Assembly (NCBI RefSeq): GCF_035594765.1
Contig: NC_085844.1
Span: forward strand, 12,539,923 to 12,603,922
DNA from: Anolis carolinensis
Taxonomy: Eukaryota
Direction of reading: 5' to 3'
DNA length: 64,000 nt
Of the stretch, positions 1 through 12,965 are shown in pieces. A program made the position numbers and the translations under genes. Every line of letters starts with the position of its first letter. Within the stretch, counting starts at the first letter, position 1. Below the pieces are notes generated by a model, which was not told the origin of the DNA, did not search any database, and saw nothing but the letters and a program-made list of their open reading frames with translations.

Positions 1-1571
1 TCCGTTATATCCGAATTGTCTTTAGGGATCATTATAATGTTAGCCATCTTCCATGAGTCCGGGATTTTTTGGATAGTCAGAGCTTGATTCATCAGTCTCT
101 TTAGGTAAGGTAGTAGTTCTTCCTTATAAACCTTGTAAAATGTTGCCGTGAAGCCGTCCGGGCCAGGTGCTTTGGTTGTATCAGCTTTCTTAATAGCGGT
201 GATGATTTCTTGGTCTGATATCTCTTTATTTAGTTCTTCTCTGTATCGATCTGCTATTTTCGGCAATCTTTGTAAGTTCAAAAATTGTTGAATGTCTTCT
301 CTCTTGATCTGATCTCTAGAGTAGAGTTTTTTGTAAAATTTGGTGAATTGGGTACTGATATCCTCATCCGTTGTATAAATCTTGTCTTCTGCAGCCAGTT
401 TAATAATATGTTGGTTTTGTCTCTTTTTCTTTATTTTTCTTGCAAGCCATTTGCCCGGTTTATTAGCGTTTTCAAAATGGTATTGTCTGATGAATTTAAG
501 TTCCTTCGCTAATTGTTCTGTTTCTAGAAAAGTTCTTTGTTTATGAAGTTTTTCCAGCTCTGTTTTACTTTTTCCATCCTTGGGGTTCTTTTTCAGTAAT
601 TCTTCAAACTTCTTGATTTCATTCATTGTTCTGTTCATTTCTTCATTCCTTTTTTTATTTCTTATCACATTCTGTTTAATAAAATGCCCTCTCATTACTG
701 CTTTGGCCGCATCCCATACCGTTTGAATTGAGGTTTGGGGGATATCGTTTATAGCAAAGTATTCTTTAAGGATTTCTCTATTCTTATTTATATCTTCTTC
801 TTCCTTTAATAGATTATCGTTCAGGCGCCACTTCCTTTGTCTCGAGGTTGGGTATAGTATTGTTTCAATTGGGCAATGGTCCGAGTGAGTTCTTGGTAAT
901 ATTTTGATTCTTGCAATTTTTGTTGTCAATGTGTTTGTAGTCAGCACCATATATATCCTGGACCAGCTTTGGTGTCGGTCCGAGTAAAATGTGTAGTCTT
1001 TTTCTGACCCGTGGTGAATTCTCCAGGAGTCTTGCAGATTGAAATCTTGTAAGAAATTTATGAATGAGGTCGGAAGTTTGCCAGAATTTTTGTCTCTGTA
1101 TTTTTTGGAGTCGTTTTTCTTGTCCTTTGTACAGTCCATTACTCCGTTGAAGTCTCCCATTATCATTAAGTCATCGAAGTGTTCTTTGGATATTAAATCT
1201 TTTAATTCCTCCACAAAGTCGATTTTGGGGCCGTTCGGTGCGTAAATGTTGCATATCAATATTCTTTGGTTCTCAACTGTAATTTGGATTCCAATTATTC
1301 TTCCAGCTTTGTCCTTGAACGCCAATTGAGCCGGTATTTTTGGGTTGACATAAATAACTACACCTTTTTTCTTTTCTGGGGCGCAGGCATAAAATTCTTT
1401 TCCAATATTTTTCTGGACCAAATGCGCCACATGTTTTTGTGCGATGTGTGTTTCTTGGAGGGCTACTATATCGTAGTTGCCTTTTCTTATTTGGTTGAAG
1501 ATCCTTTTTCTTTTATTGGGTGAGTTAATCCCATTAACATTATTTGAGAAGCATCTTATTTCCTTCTTCAT
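1..1571 (-). CDS. L1 ORF2p, partial (AP endonuclease and start of reverse transcriptase)
   Basis: ATG at 1571 gives MKKEIRCFSNNVNGINSPNKR...LQETH. The same frame gives PDSWKMANIIMIPK at the window start, with KAPGPDGF just before it. Absent from the ORF track because it runs off the edge. Confidence 0.9.
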   Translation of the reverse strand, partial: MKKEIRCFSNNVNGINSPNKRKRIFNQIRKGNYDIVALQETHIAQKHVAHLVQKNIGKEFYACAPEKKKGVVIYVNPKIPAQLAFKDKAGRIIGIQITVENQRILICNIYAPNGPKIDFVEELKDLISKEHFDDLMIMGDFNGVMDCTKDKKNDSKKYRDKNSGKLPTSFINFLQDFNLQDSWRIHHGSEKDYTFYSDRHQSWSRIYMVLTTNTLTTKIARIKILPRTHSDHCPIETILYPTSRQRKWRLNDNLLKEEEDINKNREILKEYFAINDIPQTSIQTVWDAAKAVMRGHFIKQNVIRNKKRNEEMNRTMNEIKKFEELLKKNPKDGKSKTELEKLHKQRTFLETEQLAKELKFIRQYHFENANKPGKWLARKIKKKRQNQHIIKLAAEDKIYTTDEDISTQFTKFYKKLYSRDQIKREDIQQFLNLQRLPKIADRYREELNKEISDQEIITAIKKADTTKAPGPDGFTATFYKVYKEELLPYLKRLMNQALTIQKIPDSWKMANIIMIPKDNSDIT

Positions 1572-2583
1572 CTTCAACTTCCTTAAGTACCTCCAGATTC
1601 GTCTTTGCCAATCCAAAGTGTATATCTTCTTTTTCCGGTGATTCTGTCCTGATTCTCTTCTTATCTTTTGCGCCTTTATGTTCCATTGGTTCAGGTTCCA
1701 TCTCTCTTTTCAATTTTTTGTAAAAGTCCTTTGCTTTCTCTTCAGTGGTCAACCAGTATTTTTCCTCCTTGTAAGATACCATGATCCCTTCCGTTCTTTC
1801 CCATCTGAACCTGATTTGATGCTTCTTTAGCTCTTCTGTCAAGAACAAATACTTCCGTCTCTTCGTCAGTGTTGACATTGGGTATTCTTTTAAGATAGCT
1901 ATTTTCTTTCCTTTATAAAGTACTGGGTTCAAATTGTTACGTTTCAAAATGTCGTCTCTAATTCTCCTTCTTCCAAATTGTACGATGACATCTCTGGCGA
2001 CTTTGTTTCTTTTGGAAAAATTTGTTGTAATCCTATATGCTCTATCAATGTTCTCGTCTGCTTCTTCTTCTGTAATCTGTAATAAATCCGCTGTTATTTT
2101 GGTTATTATCTGTCTTATGTTTTCTTTGTTTTCTTCTTGTATATTTCTAAATCTTAGTTGGAATTCTAATTCTCTTTGTTCTAATAGTTCTTGTTTAATT
2201 TCCAGTTTTTGGCTCTTGACTTCTAAGTTATCCATCTTTGTTTGTAGTCTTCCTTGAGTTTTCTCTATCTTAGATTTATCGCTTTTTATTTCCTGGATTT
2301 CTTGTCTGAGAGTATCCACTTCTTTTTTCATCTCCCCAATTTCGTTGGTAATTTCGTTTTTGGCTGCGGCAAGTTGTTCAGTGAAGTCTTTCCTTAGTGT
2401 TAGTATCTGTTCGTCTGATAGTTTCTGGTAGGCATCTTGTTTCTCGGAGATTTTCTGGATTTCTCTCATTAAATCTTTTAGTGTGACTTCCTCCGGGAGG
2501 GAGTTTCTTCTTGACATGTTTATCGTGCCAAACGCAGGTGCAGTTGTTCTTTTTTCCTCCTGCTTATTCTTGTATGCGGCCAT
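1540..2583 (-). CDS. L1 ORF1p (coiled coil, RRM, CTD; Transposase_22-like)
   Basis: Uninterrupted ORF, likely start MAAYKNKQ at 2583. Heptad-rich coiled coil, then LRFRNIQE, IDRAYRI and RDVIVQF motifs typical of L1 ORF1. Confidence 0.9.
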   Translation of the reverse strand: MAAYKNKQEEKRTTAPAFGTINMSRRNSLPEEVTLKDLMREIQKISEKQDAYQKLSDEQILTLRKDFTEQLAAAKNEITNEIGEMKKEVDTLRQEIQEIKSDKSKIEKTQGRLQTKMDNLEVKSQKLEIKQELLEQRELEFQLRFRNIQEENKENIRQIITKITADLLQITEEEADENIDRAYRITTNFSKRNKVARDVIVQFGRRRIRDDILKRNNLNPVLYKGKKIAILKEYPMSTLTKRRKYLFLTEELKKHQIRFRWERTEGIMVSYKEEKYWLTTEEKAKDFYKKLKREMEPEPMEHKGAKDKKRIRTESPEKEDIHFGLAKTNLEVLKEVEDEEGNKMLLK

Positions 2584-5500
2584 CTTTTGGTTGGCTGCTA
2601 CTCGGAAAAAGGTCAAAAACATAAATGTCTGTACAAAAAAAAAAGTTGGTATTATTATTTACAGTGTTATTATTATTGGCGGCTACTCGGGAAAAGGTCA
2701 AAAATGTAAATGTCTATATAAAAAAAAGAGAAGGAAAAAAAGAGAAAAGAAAGAAAAGGAAAAAAGAAAAAGAAAAAAGAAATATTGATATTATTATTTA
2801 CAGTATTATTATTGTTGCTAATATTTTGTAGTCGCCGATGGTTGATCTTTGGTATTGAAATCTATTTGAATATAGTTCCTGTATATCTCCTTATAATAAC
2901 TTATAACTATAATATATAGTTCCTTTTCTTTATGTTTAGCTATTTNNNNNNNNNNNNNNNNNNNNNNNNNNNNNNNNNNNNNNNNNNNNNNNNNNNNNNN
3001 NNNNNNNNNNNNNNNNNNNNNNNNNNNNNNNNNNNNNNNNNNNNNNNNNNNNNNNNNNNNNNNNNNNNNNNNNNNNNNNNNNNNNNNNACCTTTATGTGT
3101 ATAGGACACTATCTGTCTGGTAATTGTGTTGCCTTATGTTACGTAAGTCTTATTGGCAAAATCTATATTCAAATCAGTTTCCTTATCATCTATGGTTCTG
3201 GACCCAGTTTTCACCATCCACAAATCTCTCTTTCCCCCAGTCTTCTTTTTCAGCGTTTCCGTTCACTGTACCCACTCTATAGTCCTTCTGAAGCTTGCCC
3301 CTTTGTCTTACGATCCAGGATGGGACCCTTTCTGCTGACCCGGTTCCTCTCTGTCTGTGATTCTCCTCTTTCCCGCCGTCTCTCCGTACGTCGCTTCCGC
3401 CCTTTTGAGGATAGGTTCCGTCTCCGTCACGTCCCTTCCGCCCTTCTTCTTTTCTGCTGTCTTAGATCCCCCCTCTTTTTTTTTTTTTGGATGGAATATG
3501 TGTCCGTCTCCCTTTGTGTTCTCCCTTTCGGCTTCCCTTTTCTCTCTTGGAGAGTTCCCCCTCCTTTCTGTTCTTCCTGCACGTCCCGTCTCTCCCTCTC
3601 TCTACCTTTCCTCGGCGTCTGGGTCCTGATTCGCCTGTATCTCGTGGGCGGATTCTTTGTAGCCGGATTTGTTTACACAAAGCTTCCCCGTAGTCAAAAC
3701 AATGTCTCTTTCAAGGTTAGTCCGTTTCTTTCTTTGATTATTATTTTTTTTTTTGAATGCAATGGCGTCTCCTTCTGTTTACCCCAGAATAAGCATTAAG
3801 TATTGCTGAATGACATTGAATATTATTGATTCCATTTAATTTACAAAATTAATTTTACTTTTCCGTAAGTTCATTAGCTATATTTTATGTATTTTCTGCG
3901 AATCAGTTTCTAGTTTGATTAGTTGCAGAATTAATTCACAAATAAACGTTCCTTGCCTTCCGGAGCGCTGCTCCCTGGGCTGCTTTTCTCCGTAGTTTTC
4001 TTAGTCCAAGCGGTTTTTGGAGGGGGGGTGTAGATTGGTGCCTCGATGCTTGAGATCTCTCGCTAGGCTTACATTTCGTTGAGCTGCATAGCTCTTCCTT
4101 TCGTCTGTTTAAAAATGCGGTGCCGGCAGGCTGTTATCCTGAGATCCCCAGCCGGAGTCTCAGTTCTCCTTTCCGCGATCTGCTCGCCCTGCGGCTGCCT
4201 GTGCCGGGCCCGGGGGGCTCCCTTCCCTTGAGGGGAAGGGAAAGCCCGCTCGGCCGTCGGTTTGGCAACCTGTGGGCTCAGCAATCCTTCTGGCTTCGAT
4301 CCACCAGTAAGGTCGGAGCTATCGCTCTTCGGGACCGCTGGAAAGGACAGGCACTCCGAGAGAGATCAGAGAGCCCCACCAGCCGCCATGCTCACCACTC
4401 CTCGTTTGTAATTGTAATTGTGGTGTTTTAAAAGGACTCCAGTCTAGTCATTGTTTACCAGCTCTAGTAAGGAAAACAGAAATACAGATAAGCATTTTCT
4501 CCTCTGTGTGAAGTCCTCACTGGACATTTTACCTGTTTTGTGTCCTTCAGAAAGTCTTCTAAAAGGCAGGATTTCTAAAAGCCTGGGCTGAATGAGCACT
4601 CTGTGTCCAGGGAAAATGCAGATACTGAAACTGACAAGAAGTGTATTGTAACAGAGTCCCAACTGGGTCATTGAGTCTGTGTTACCATCTATGACAAGGG
4701 CATCCGGATGAGCCTCCAATCTGTGATGGAGGCTTTCTTTGGGACTACCCATTTATTACCTGAACAGGCTGAGGAATGCAAAGTCTCAGACCAAGAAATT
4801 CCTTCAGGCTGATTGGAAGAGTGACAGGGTTACTCTGAAGGATTAACGCAGTAACAGGTTTCTCCAAGCAGTTCTAGGATTATTCTGCAAAAGTGCCAAA
4901 AGACAGAGACTCGCTGAGAAAATCTGCCACATTCACTTTACTGTTAAAGGAGGCAGCTTTTGCCAGGCATTCTCTGCATGATTCCTGAAGTTGTCATAGG
5001 CATATTTCAGGGAAGTTATTAGTTGAGAGAGCTGCTTTTAAAGTATTGCTACTAACCTACTTTGCCAATCTTCATGATTTCGATCTCCTTCTTGCCTCTT
5101 CTCTTTGATACTCTCATATGGAATATTTCAGGTTTCCTATTCCTAAAGACTGGTCACCTCTTTTCTTTTTCAGAATACATTCTTCCCAATTTAATTGTCT
5201 TGCTGGATTAAATTACGTGTCTAGCGCATGTGGGGTGTATTTGTTTCTGAAATTAATAATAATACAATAATATTTTTTTTCATTTATTATCTGCTTCTCC
5301 TTGGAAAGGCCATCTGAGTCAGTGTATTTGAACTGTGTAGGCATACAGGTATTCAGTATGTAACAAGGAAAAAACAAGAGAAAACAGATTTGTATCAAAT
5401 GGTCCATACAGATGGTATGTTTTTGTTCCCCTGTGGGTATCAACCATCTTTTGAACATGAGCTTGTTTGTAATCCTCTTGTTTCTGCGAGGCAATGCCAA

Positions 5501-6395
5501 GGGTCATGTTCAAAATGCTGGAATGCCACTGAAAAAGGACCTACAGATCTGGAGATGCTTTAAAGTTTACTACCAGTCCCATTGAGATGTTTGTATGCTC
5601 TTATTAAAGCTCAGCACTGGAATTTTTCTCTTACTGACATAATAGCCGGCCAAGGAAATATATTTAACTGTACCCATGCTGCGTAAACCTAGTAGTGTGT
5701 AGAAGGCCTCACAAATAGCAGAGATGGTCTTCTACCATTTACGTGTGCAGAGGAAAAAATATTTCCTCTGCATTCTGCCTCTTCCTTCAGAAGGCCTGAG
5801 CATTTTTTTTTTATCTCTGTGCCTCCTGTGGCAATTTGCTTTTTGAGGAAGCAAATCTTGGCATTTGCAGAAGTGCAACAGCATGTCTCTTCTAGCCTGT
5901 TAGAGTTCCCAGGAGTCCTTGTTGAACTAACTCCATATGTTCAGAATGCAGTTAGAATCGCAAATTCACCATGTTGGCTCTGGAATTATAATATGTTGGA
6001 AGAGTTGTATATTCATTTTCTGCTTTCTGAACTATTCAGGCCACATTGTGTATATGAGCAAAGAGAAATAGACAGATAGACAGTCAGTGGAATGCAATAG
6101 ACAAAGCCAACATGTGTTGACAACAGCAGTCCCCTTATTTTACGTCAATATTTATTGATTACTAATTATCCTTCCTTCCTCCCAACATGGAAGTCAAGGT
6201 AGCTTCCAGCTCTGAAATAAAAGAAATCTAAGAACTAATTATCATAATTTTAAAAGGTTTTAAACAAATTAATTTAAAACAGTATAAAATAATTCAGAAC
6301 CAAAATCATGAGTGCAATAGTATAATATATCCTCTATTAAAAGATCCTTCTGCACAAGCAGTTAATTATCAAAATTGTAAAATACATGGTGTAGT

Positions 6396-6941
6396 TGTTA
6401 AAGATAGCAACCTTCTCAAGCCTCTAGTTAATGTTTTGTCTGTTTTATAATGTGTTGGTTTATTTCCTGAAGTGTATGTCTTATTTGGTTTGTAGTTTTC
6501 TTAGCTCTATGTACTTAAAGCAGTGGGAGGGGCTGCAGATCATGTGACTGTTTAGAATGCAGTTTTAAGAGGATGATAGTTGAGCCCTGACAGTTGAGGC
6601 TTGAGTCTGTTTGAATACGGAAACCAGTGTTAGGAGTTAGAAGACAGTTGAGGCTTGAATCCCTTGGAAGTAGACTGTTATGAAAGAGAGCTGTACAGAG
6701 CAACATAGTTTTGAAGAGACTGTTAAATACTATAAGTTAAAGATACAAACTGAAATGTTTTAAACTTACAAGATATCTACTTGTATATTTAAATACATGA
6801 AGTTATGAGAAAAACAAACATGTTATTTTATCTGCTGACCAATAGAAACAAGATATTTATGTGCCTAGTGCTCTTCCATTACCCAATAAACTAAAGGAAC
6901 ACCTCTGAAACTCTGCTACCCAATAGGTTATGATTCTAACA
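6396..6941 (+). mobile_element. Possible degraded solo LTR
   Basis: TGTTA...TAACA inverted termini, internal AATAAA, tandem duplication of the 3' end (about 6925-6987). No TSD found. Confidence 0.35.
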
Positions 6942-8074
6942 GGTCATAATCCCCATTAGGTTGTGATTCTAACAGGTCATAATCCAATAATAGTTGAAAA
7001 CCTAAGAAAGTGGGACCTTCCTAATATTTGTTGGAGTTCACCAAGATGCAGTTCTGTTATACTGAATTATGCCAGGTGTGGGCCATAAACATTTCTCAGT
7101 GTATCTGTGTACACATAAGTTCAGACAGAAAGGGGAAAATGACATATGAAAGTGCTATAAAGTGTACTGAAAGAAAACCATACTCCTTACCTGTTGTTCA
7201 AATAATGGCAGTGCGTACTGAAAGGTTCAAAAACCAGATTGAACTGAAGAGCTGCAGTTGTCTAGGAAAAACTATTAAGAAGCCTATGGCTTTTCTTGTA
7301 TGTCTCATTTCCTGTAGTAGCTTTGTGTTCTGCCAGTGGGTGCCTGGCAAGCAATTGATTGACCACTACATTAACAGAATGTAGGAATAGGTAGTCCTTT
7401 TGTTAGATTGGAAAGAACTCTGAGCTGAAGAAGAAACTACAAGCAGCAAGGCTGTAATTTGGAAACCTGCTCTATCCCATACATTCACCTCTTTAAGAGT
7501 GTAATATGTTCTTCTAGTTCTTACTGTCTCAAATTGGTTTACCCTTACTGTTCTACTGGATCCATTTCTAAGTATGACATTATTTTATCTAACTTGGTTT
7601 GCTTACATATCTGTCAGGCTCTGTTGTTCTATATATTATTGTTGCAGTGTTTGTTTTTTATTGTTGCAAAGTTCCCAACACAGCCTAAACTATTTCCAGT
7701 GGGTTCATTTTGTACAGACTAAATGCTAGTGTGAATGGAAACAAGATATGAACTTATAACAGGATAACTAGCAGTCCAGTGGCTTGTGAATTGGCCCTTT
7801 AGGCTGTAAGGTGGTTTTCTGATGGCTGGGGTTTTCTGTTGTCAGTAGAAGTGACAGTTATTCTAGCAGATTATGCAACCTCATCACTTCAAGATCTTGC
7901 CCCAAGCCCTTACTGGGTTGTGGGTTGCCATGTCCATAACCCTGGGAATAAAGCACTGCTAGAGCATAAAATGCACTCGTGCATCACAGCTCCTCTTAGA
8001 TTCTCTTAGTGGCCATGTAACTTTCTGTTTTTCATACAGCTTCCAGGATATATGCTAGCCTTTAATAATTAGAC

Positions 8075-9218
8075 ATGTGCACAAAATTAGTTTTTACCGT
8101 TTCTTTCGTATCTTCAGAAGCACAAATCAAGAAGCCCCCTCCCTACATGAAATTCAGCTCGACACAAATGCCTGCTTTTGTGTGGAGCCGAAATTCCATG
8201 CGTGCATGCTTCTTCTCTTTCTCCTCCTCCCTCCCTCCCTCGCACACACAATGCCTTGCATTCATTCACGGGAGTCACGACCAGGCAGCCCCACATCCAG
8301 ACCTCAGTATCAGGGTGGAAGGAACCACCTCCCCTCCCTCCTTTCTGGAGTCAGGTTGAACAGCACTGAATAGCTTTGCTGCTTGCAAGCCTGGCCGCTT
8401 TCTACCTTGCGGAATTCTTGGTTGGCCAGGTTGAATAGCAATGAATAGTATCAGTGCAGCAAGTATGAATGCTTCAATTAGTCACCTTGATTAGCATTTA
8501 ATGGCCTTGCAGCTTTAAAGCCTGGCTGCTTCCTGCCTGGGGGAATCCTTTGTTGGGAGGTGTTAGCTGGCCCTGGTTGTTTCCTTTCTGGAATTCCCCT
8601 GTTTTCAGAGTGTTGCTCTTTATTTATTGTCCTGATTTTAGAGACTTTATTGTTCTGTATAATTATACCACAGTAGTTATTATATATTATATTTATAATC
8701 TTATATTATCTGCTTAGAACTGGATTATACCAGGCCCCTTCTACACAGCTGTATAAAATCGACACTGAACTGGATTATATGGCAGTGTGGACTCAAGATA
8801 ATCCAGTTCAAAGCAGATACTGTGGATTATCCTGCCTTGGCATTCTGGGTTATATAGGTGTGTGGTAGGGCCTTGAGTCTACACTGCCATATAATTGAGT
8901 TCAAATCAGATAATCTGTATTTTATAAGCAGTGTGGAAGAGGCCTAACTGAACTCTGCCTGTCCCCTGGGTGCCAGTGTAGCTGAGTGGGTTGCTAGGAG
9001 ATGAAGTGGCAGCATACCTTTCTAACTGGCAGCAAGGGGAAAAAAACAGTTCTTCCTCTTCCTCTAATTTGGACTTTATTTTTCTAGGTTTTCTTTTTTG
9101 TTTGAAATACATATTTTGGATGACTATGTCTTTTGTGGCCAAATTTGGTGTAATTTGGTTCAATGGTTTTGTTGTTTACTCCATAATAAAATGCACATTA
9201 CATTTATATATATATAGA
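8075..9218 (-). mobile_element. Non-autonomous Helitron-like element, 5' part, with captured repeat fragments
   Basis: Minus strand begins A|TCTATATATATATAAATG, a Helitron-type 5' terminus. Contains a Penelope-like segment (about 8460-8640) and TGGATTAT-type repeat units (about 8715-8945). No 3' CTAG/hairpin end seen; left boundary approximate. Confidence 0.5.
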
Positions 9219-9873
9219 TTGACTACAAAAGAAAAAAGAGTAACCAACTTTAAAAATAAATTCATATTTCACTTTATTTGTGACTGAGTATTTGTCCTGG
9301 CTGGATCTACATACAGAACAGAATGGGATGGTGTGGTTTGTTCTGGTTTCAGCATATGTTGTTTTTGACCATATGTCTACCCAAATTGTTAACTCGTATC
9401 CAGCCACTTTGAGGAAAATGAAATCTATACTTCCATTCTGGAATGCAATGACAGCAACTACAAAAGAAAAATAAAGAATGGTGAGATGGATGATAATGTG
9501 TACCCCATATTTGTGATCCAAAGACAGCATTGTTCAATCTCCAGAAGCAAATAGACAAATTACACTTTTCTGCATTGTTTTCTTGAACATGTAAATCAAA
9601 TCATGTATGGAATTACATTGCAGATTTCTTCCTTTGAATTGGATAAAAACTGTGAATCATAATCAACAATGCGGTATTGAAGCCTAATTTTTGTTATTTC
9701 CTTTAGTGTGCCTCATCATGATAATGGTTCTCACATTTCATGCTACTAGCCGAAATTGGGCCTTCCTGTTATCACCTTGTTGGGAGCCATATATTTTTCA
9801 GTGTGTAATGAGTTCAGTAATCAAGTCAATGAACTGATAATGCAATCTTCTTCTTTTTTATATTTCTTTAAAG

Positions 9874-9961
9874 GACAAAAAGAGTTATTCCTGCCCTGTG
9901 TGTGATAAATCGTTTTCTGAAGACCGGCTTATAAAATCACACATAAAGACAAACCACCCAG
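9874..9961 (+). CDS. ZFAT: ZFAT coding exon (C2H2 finger DKKSYSCPVCDKSFSEDRLIKSHIKTNHP)
   Basis: aag|GAC...CCAG|gtaag, 88 nt, phase 0 to 1. Peptide recognised as ZFAT. Confidence 0.93.
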
Positions 9962-10529
9962 GTAAGATAAGACACGCTAATGGTTTTTAATGTAGCCTAA
10001 TCATGGGGCATGCCCTTAGTTGTGTAATAGACCATCATTGCACCTGTCTGTGACTGACTGACACTAGATTTATTTGGAAAACAAAGTGGAAGGGATAGGT
10101 ACTTACTGGCTCAACTTCTATGCCATCAGCAGCTTTCTGAAAAGGGGAAGCGGGTAAATTTTGGAGCCAGTAGTCAGAACTCAGAATCTTAATTGTGCTA
10201 CTAGTACTCTGTTTCTCCTGCAACCAATGATACTGAAATCTGTCTATATCTTTTGGGTGTGAGTTTCCCGTGTATTCAGTCACAAATCTGTTGCATTCCA
10301 TTGCCACATTTTTTTTGAAAAAAAAAAAACATATACTGCATATACTCATATATAAGTCTTGAAATTTTAGTCGAAACTTCAAACCAAAAACTGAAAGTAC
10401 TGCAGTATAATTCTTCTCAGAAAAGAAAGCATATCTGAGTAAAGTGGTGAGAGGCAAGTACTTAGTCTGTCCTGAGAGAGCAAAAAGAAGCTTACATATC
10501 CATTGTCGGGCTCTGTTGTTTTCTGTTAC

Positions 10530-11276
10530 TGTCATGTGCAAGGAGCCTGGGTATCAGGGCTGAGGTTTAATTAAACTAAAGCAAGGAAAGCCAGGGTCAT
10601 ATTTTACTTATAAAGAAAACCAAATTCTTAAGTCTTTCGAGGTCCAGCAAAAATAACAGATTTGTACAACACAAATCAAACAACAGTGAAACTCTGCCAA
10701 GGTCAAGAGTCCAATTAATGAAGACAAGGGGAGAAGTACAGAGTCAGGTCAGGAACAACAACACACAATAGTCAGTTGCCAGGAGTTCAATTGCCGGGGT
10801 TAATACATAAAAGACCAAGAATCCAGACTGGGTCAGAGTTCAGAAGTCAAGCCAGGCAATCAGGCATATAAACTGAAGTCAAAGGCCATATGTCCAAAGC
10901 CAGGAAGTCATTTATCACAGAGCCATGAATTCAGAATTAAAAAAGGATCCGAAACAAGAGTACAGGAAACCAAAGTCAGAGTCTAGGAATCCAACCCAGA
11001 GACAGCAGAGTCAAGGTCTTGGATAAAGATACAAAGCTCCACAGAGCTGTTCCCCAGAGGCTTCTTTAGAATCATAGAGTTGGAAGAGACTTCGTGGGCC
11101 ATCCAGTCCAACCCCCTGCCAAGAAGCAAGAAAATTGCATTCCAAGTTGAAGCTCTTACCTCTTAATCACTGAAGCCTGCAACCCTTCCCAAGCTTGCTG
11201 AATATACTGGGAAGAGTCCTCTTCTGCTGCCCCCAGCAATAACCAAACTAGGCCAAATAGACTGCTGGCCATGACA
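10530..11276 (-). mobile_element. Old LTR-like element with a CR1 3' tail inserted at about 11066-11143
   Basis: TGTCATG...CATGACA termini and composition like the Gypsy LTRs elsewhere in the window. No TSD. Confidence 0.4.
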
Positions 11277-12965
11277 CCTCTGTCCTTTTTGAATGTCTGG
11301 GCAAGAAAATGGTGATAGGAGTAGCTGACCCCTCTTCACAGAATGCCCCTCAACCCTTCCATGGGTCTTACCAAAATCCATCATTTTTGCCCTATGAAAT
11401 GTCGATATATATGGTACATAAAATTTCAAATAGATTTTTGTATGAAGTTTGTCCGAATACCTGATTTATATATGTGTTGCCTGAATAAACACATTTTATA
11501 TGCAGATTTTTTACAAAAATGTTTTCATTTTTGAAAACAAATAGAATGCAAGGTGTGGGGTGGGAGGGAGATGGAAAGAGAGAATGAGAGGGGAAGAGAA
11601 ATTGCATTAACCTGGAATCTAGTTATTGACAGAGTGTAGTATATTTACCACACTCTTAATATTGTGCATTACAGCACAGAATAAATGTGTTTATGGTTTA
11701 TAGATTTCCATTATAAATCTTCATATTACAATTTGGTTTTGATCTTTCTTCCATGGTTGACAGAGAACTGTGATGGATATTGAATACCTTTCTGGTTGGG
11801 TTGCAAATATGGGGAAGGCAAGATTGTCTAGCTCCTTCCTCCTCCCTTCCAGCAGCAAACCTGGCTGACTTGAGTCTTGTGCAAATGTGCCCCCATTTGC
11901 ATACTTCAGTCTCCATTGACCTGTTTGGTACTTGACATTCTCTCAGTTCCCTTACAGACAAGAGCAGACTCTGCTGAAACCTGCTACTTTATGATAGGAT
12001 TATATATATATACTCTCACCTCATTTTCACATTTTCTCTCTTAATCTTGAAGATGGTAAAATATATTCTGTCAGTCTTGAGAGCTTATGCATTTTCAAGA
12101 ATGAATTTTTCAGTTTCATAGCTAAACTGTAATAATTTCTGCCTTTCTGCATGGGCCTTTAAAAATCAGAAGAGCTAGATGGGTTGTTTGTATCTTTTGG
12201 ATCAGCCAGACAGTCCTTTTGTACTTGCTATGAATGTGCTTTGCCTGTTTCCCAAAAGGGAAAATGTACAGAGATGTAAATTGCAGAAACCTCAAAGGAA
12301 TTAAAAACAGAACTTGTTTTCTCATTCCTGTGTACGAGGAAAGAAATCTTGTGGAAACGTGTGAAGGAGATTTTGTCACTTATCTACTTGATAACTGGTC
12401 ACCTTTAAGGTGGGCTGATGTTGCATAGACATGCTCCTCTTGTGCCTAAAGAGTACTATACAGACTGACCACACAAAAATCCACCATTGTCCCGTGAATC
12501 ATACTATTTTGGGGAAAGGGATAAGATTTTGCCCTTCCCAGTGAAAAATTTATTTAATCCCCAAATTTCTACAATTGTAGTATCTTAAGAAAACTAAGGG
12601 AATGATGAAGCAGATGGAAACATGTGTTGGGACTCAGCAAGATCCTGGGGATTTCTCAGAAGATGAGGGGAATGGTGAGTTTCCTAATGAGGAGTTTGTG
12701 TGTAATCAGGGTGAATTGCAGGCTTTAGATGAGAGAGAAGTACAGACAGAGGATATTTGAGATTCCAATGTTCATTCCTTAGCAACAGTGGTGAAAAGGG
12801 AAACCAGTGAAAGGTCAATTTCTCTTGAAATCAGCCTTCAACTTTATGGGGAGTTTCCCCACAATATCAAATTGGGTCTCGGAATGAAGGGAGTAAAGAA
12901 TAGATTAATTAAGCTCTCGGAGAGGCTCCATGGGAAGTCCTTGAAATCCAGGTGTCAGACATGAT

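Larger units (their letters stand above)
1..4403 (-). mobile_element. L1 (LINE-1) retrotransposon, 5' part; runs off the window start; antisense to ZFAT
   Basis: Contains ORF1 and ORF2 (APE, then RT start). Minus-strand 5' end GAGGAGTGGTGAGCATGGCGG has a YY1-like CATGGCG motif as in L1 promoters. CpG-rich 5'UTR. Assembly gap of Ns at 2946-3088. Confidence 0.9.

Noticed and set aside
3095-3799. 234-aa + strand ORF antisense in the L1 5'UTR (ORF0 analogue?)
   Set aside because: Low-complexity T/C-rich sequence is naturally stop-poor; no domain features; starts at a gap edge.
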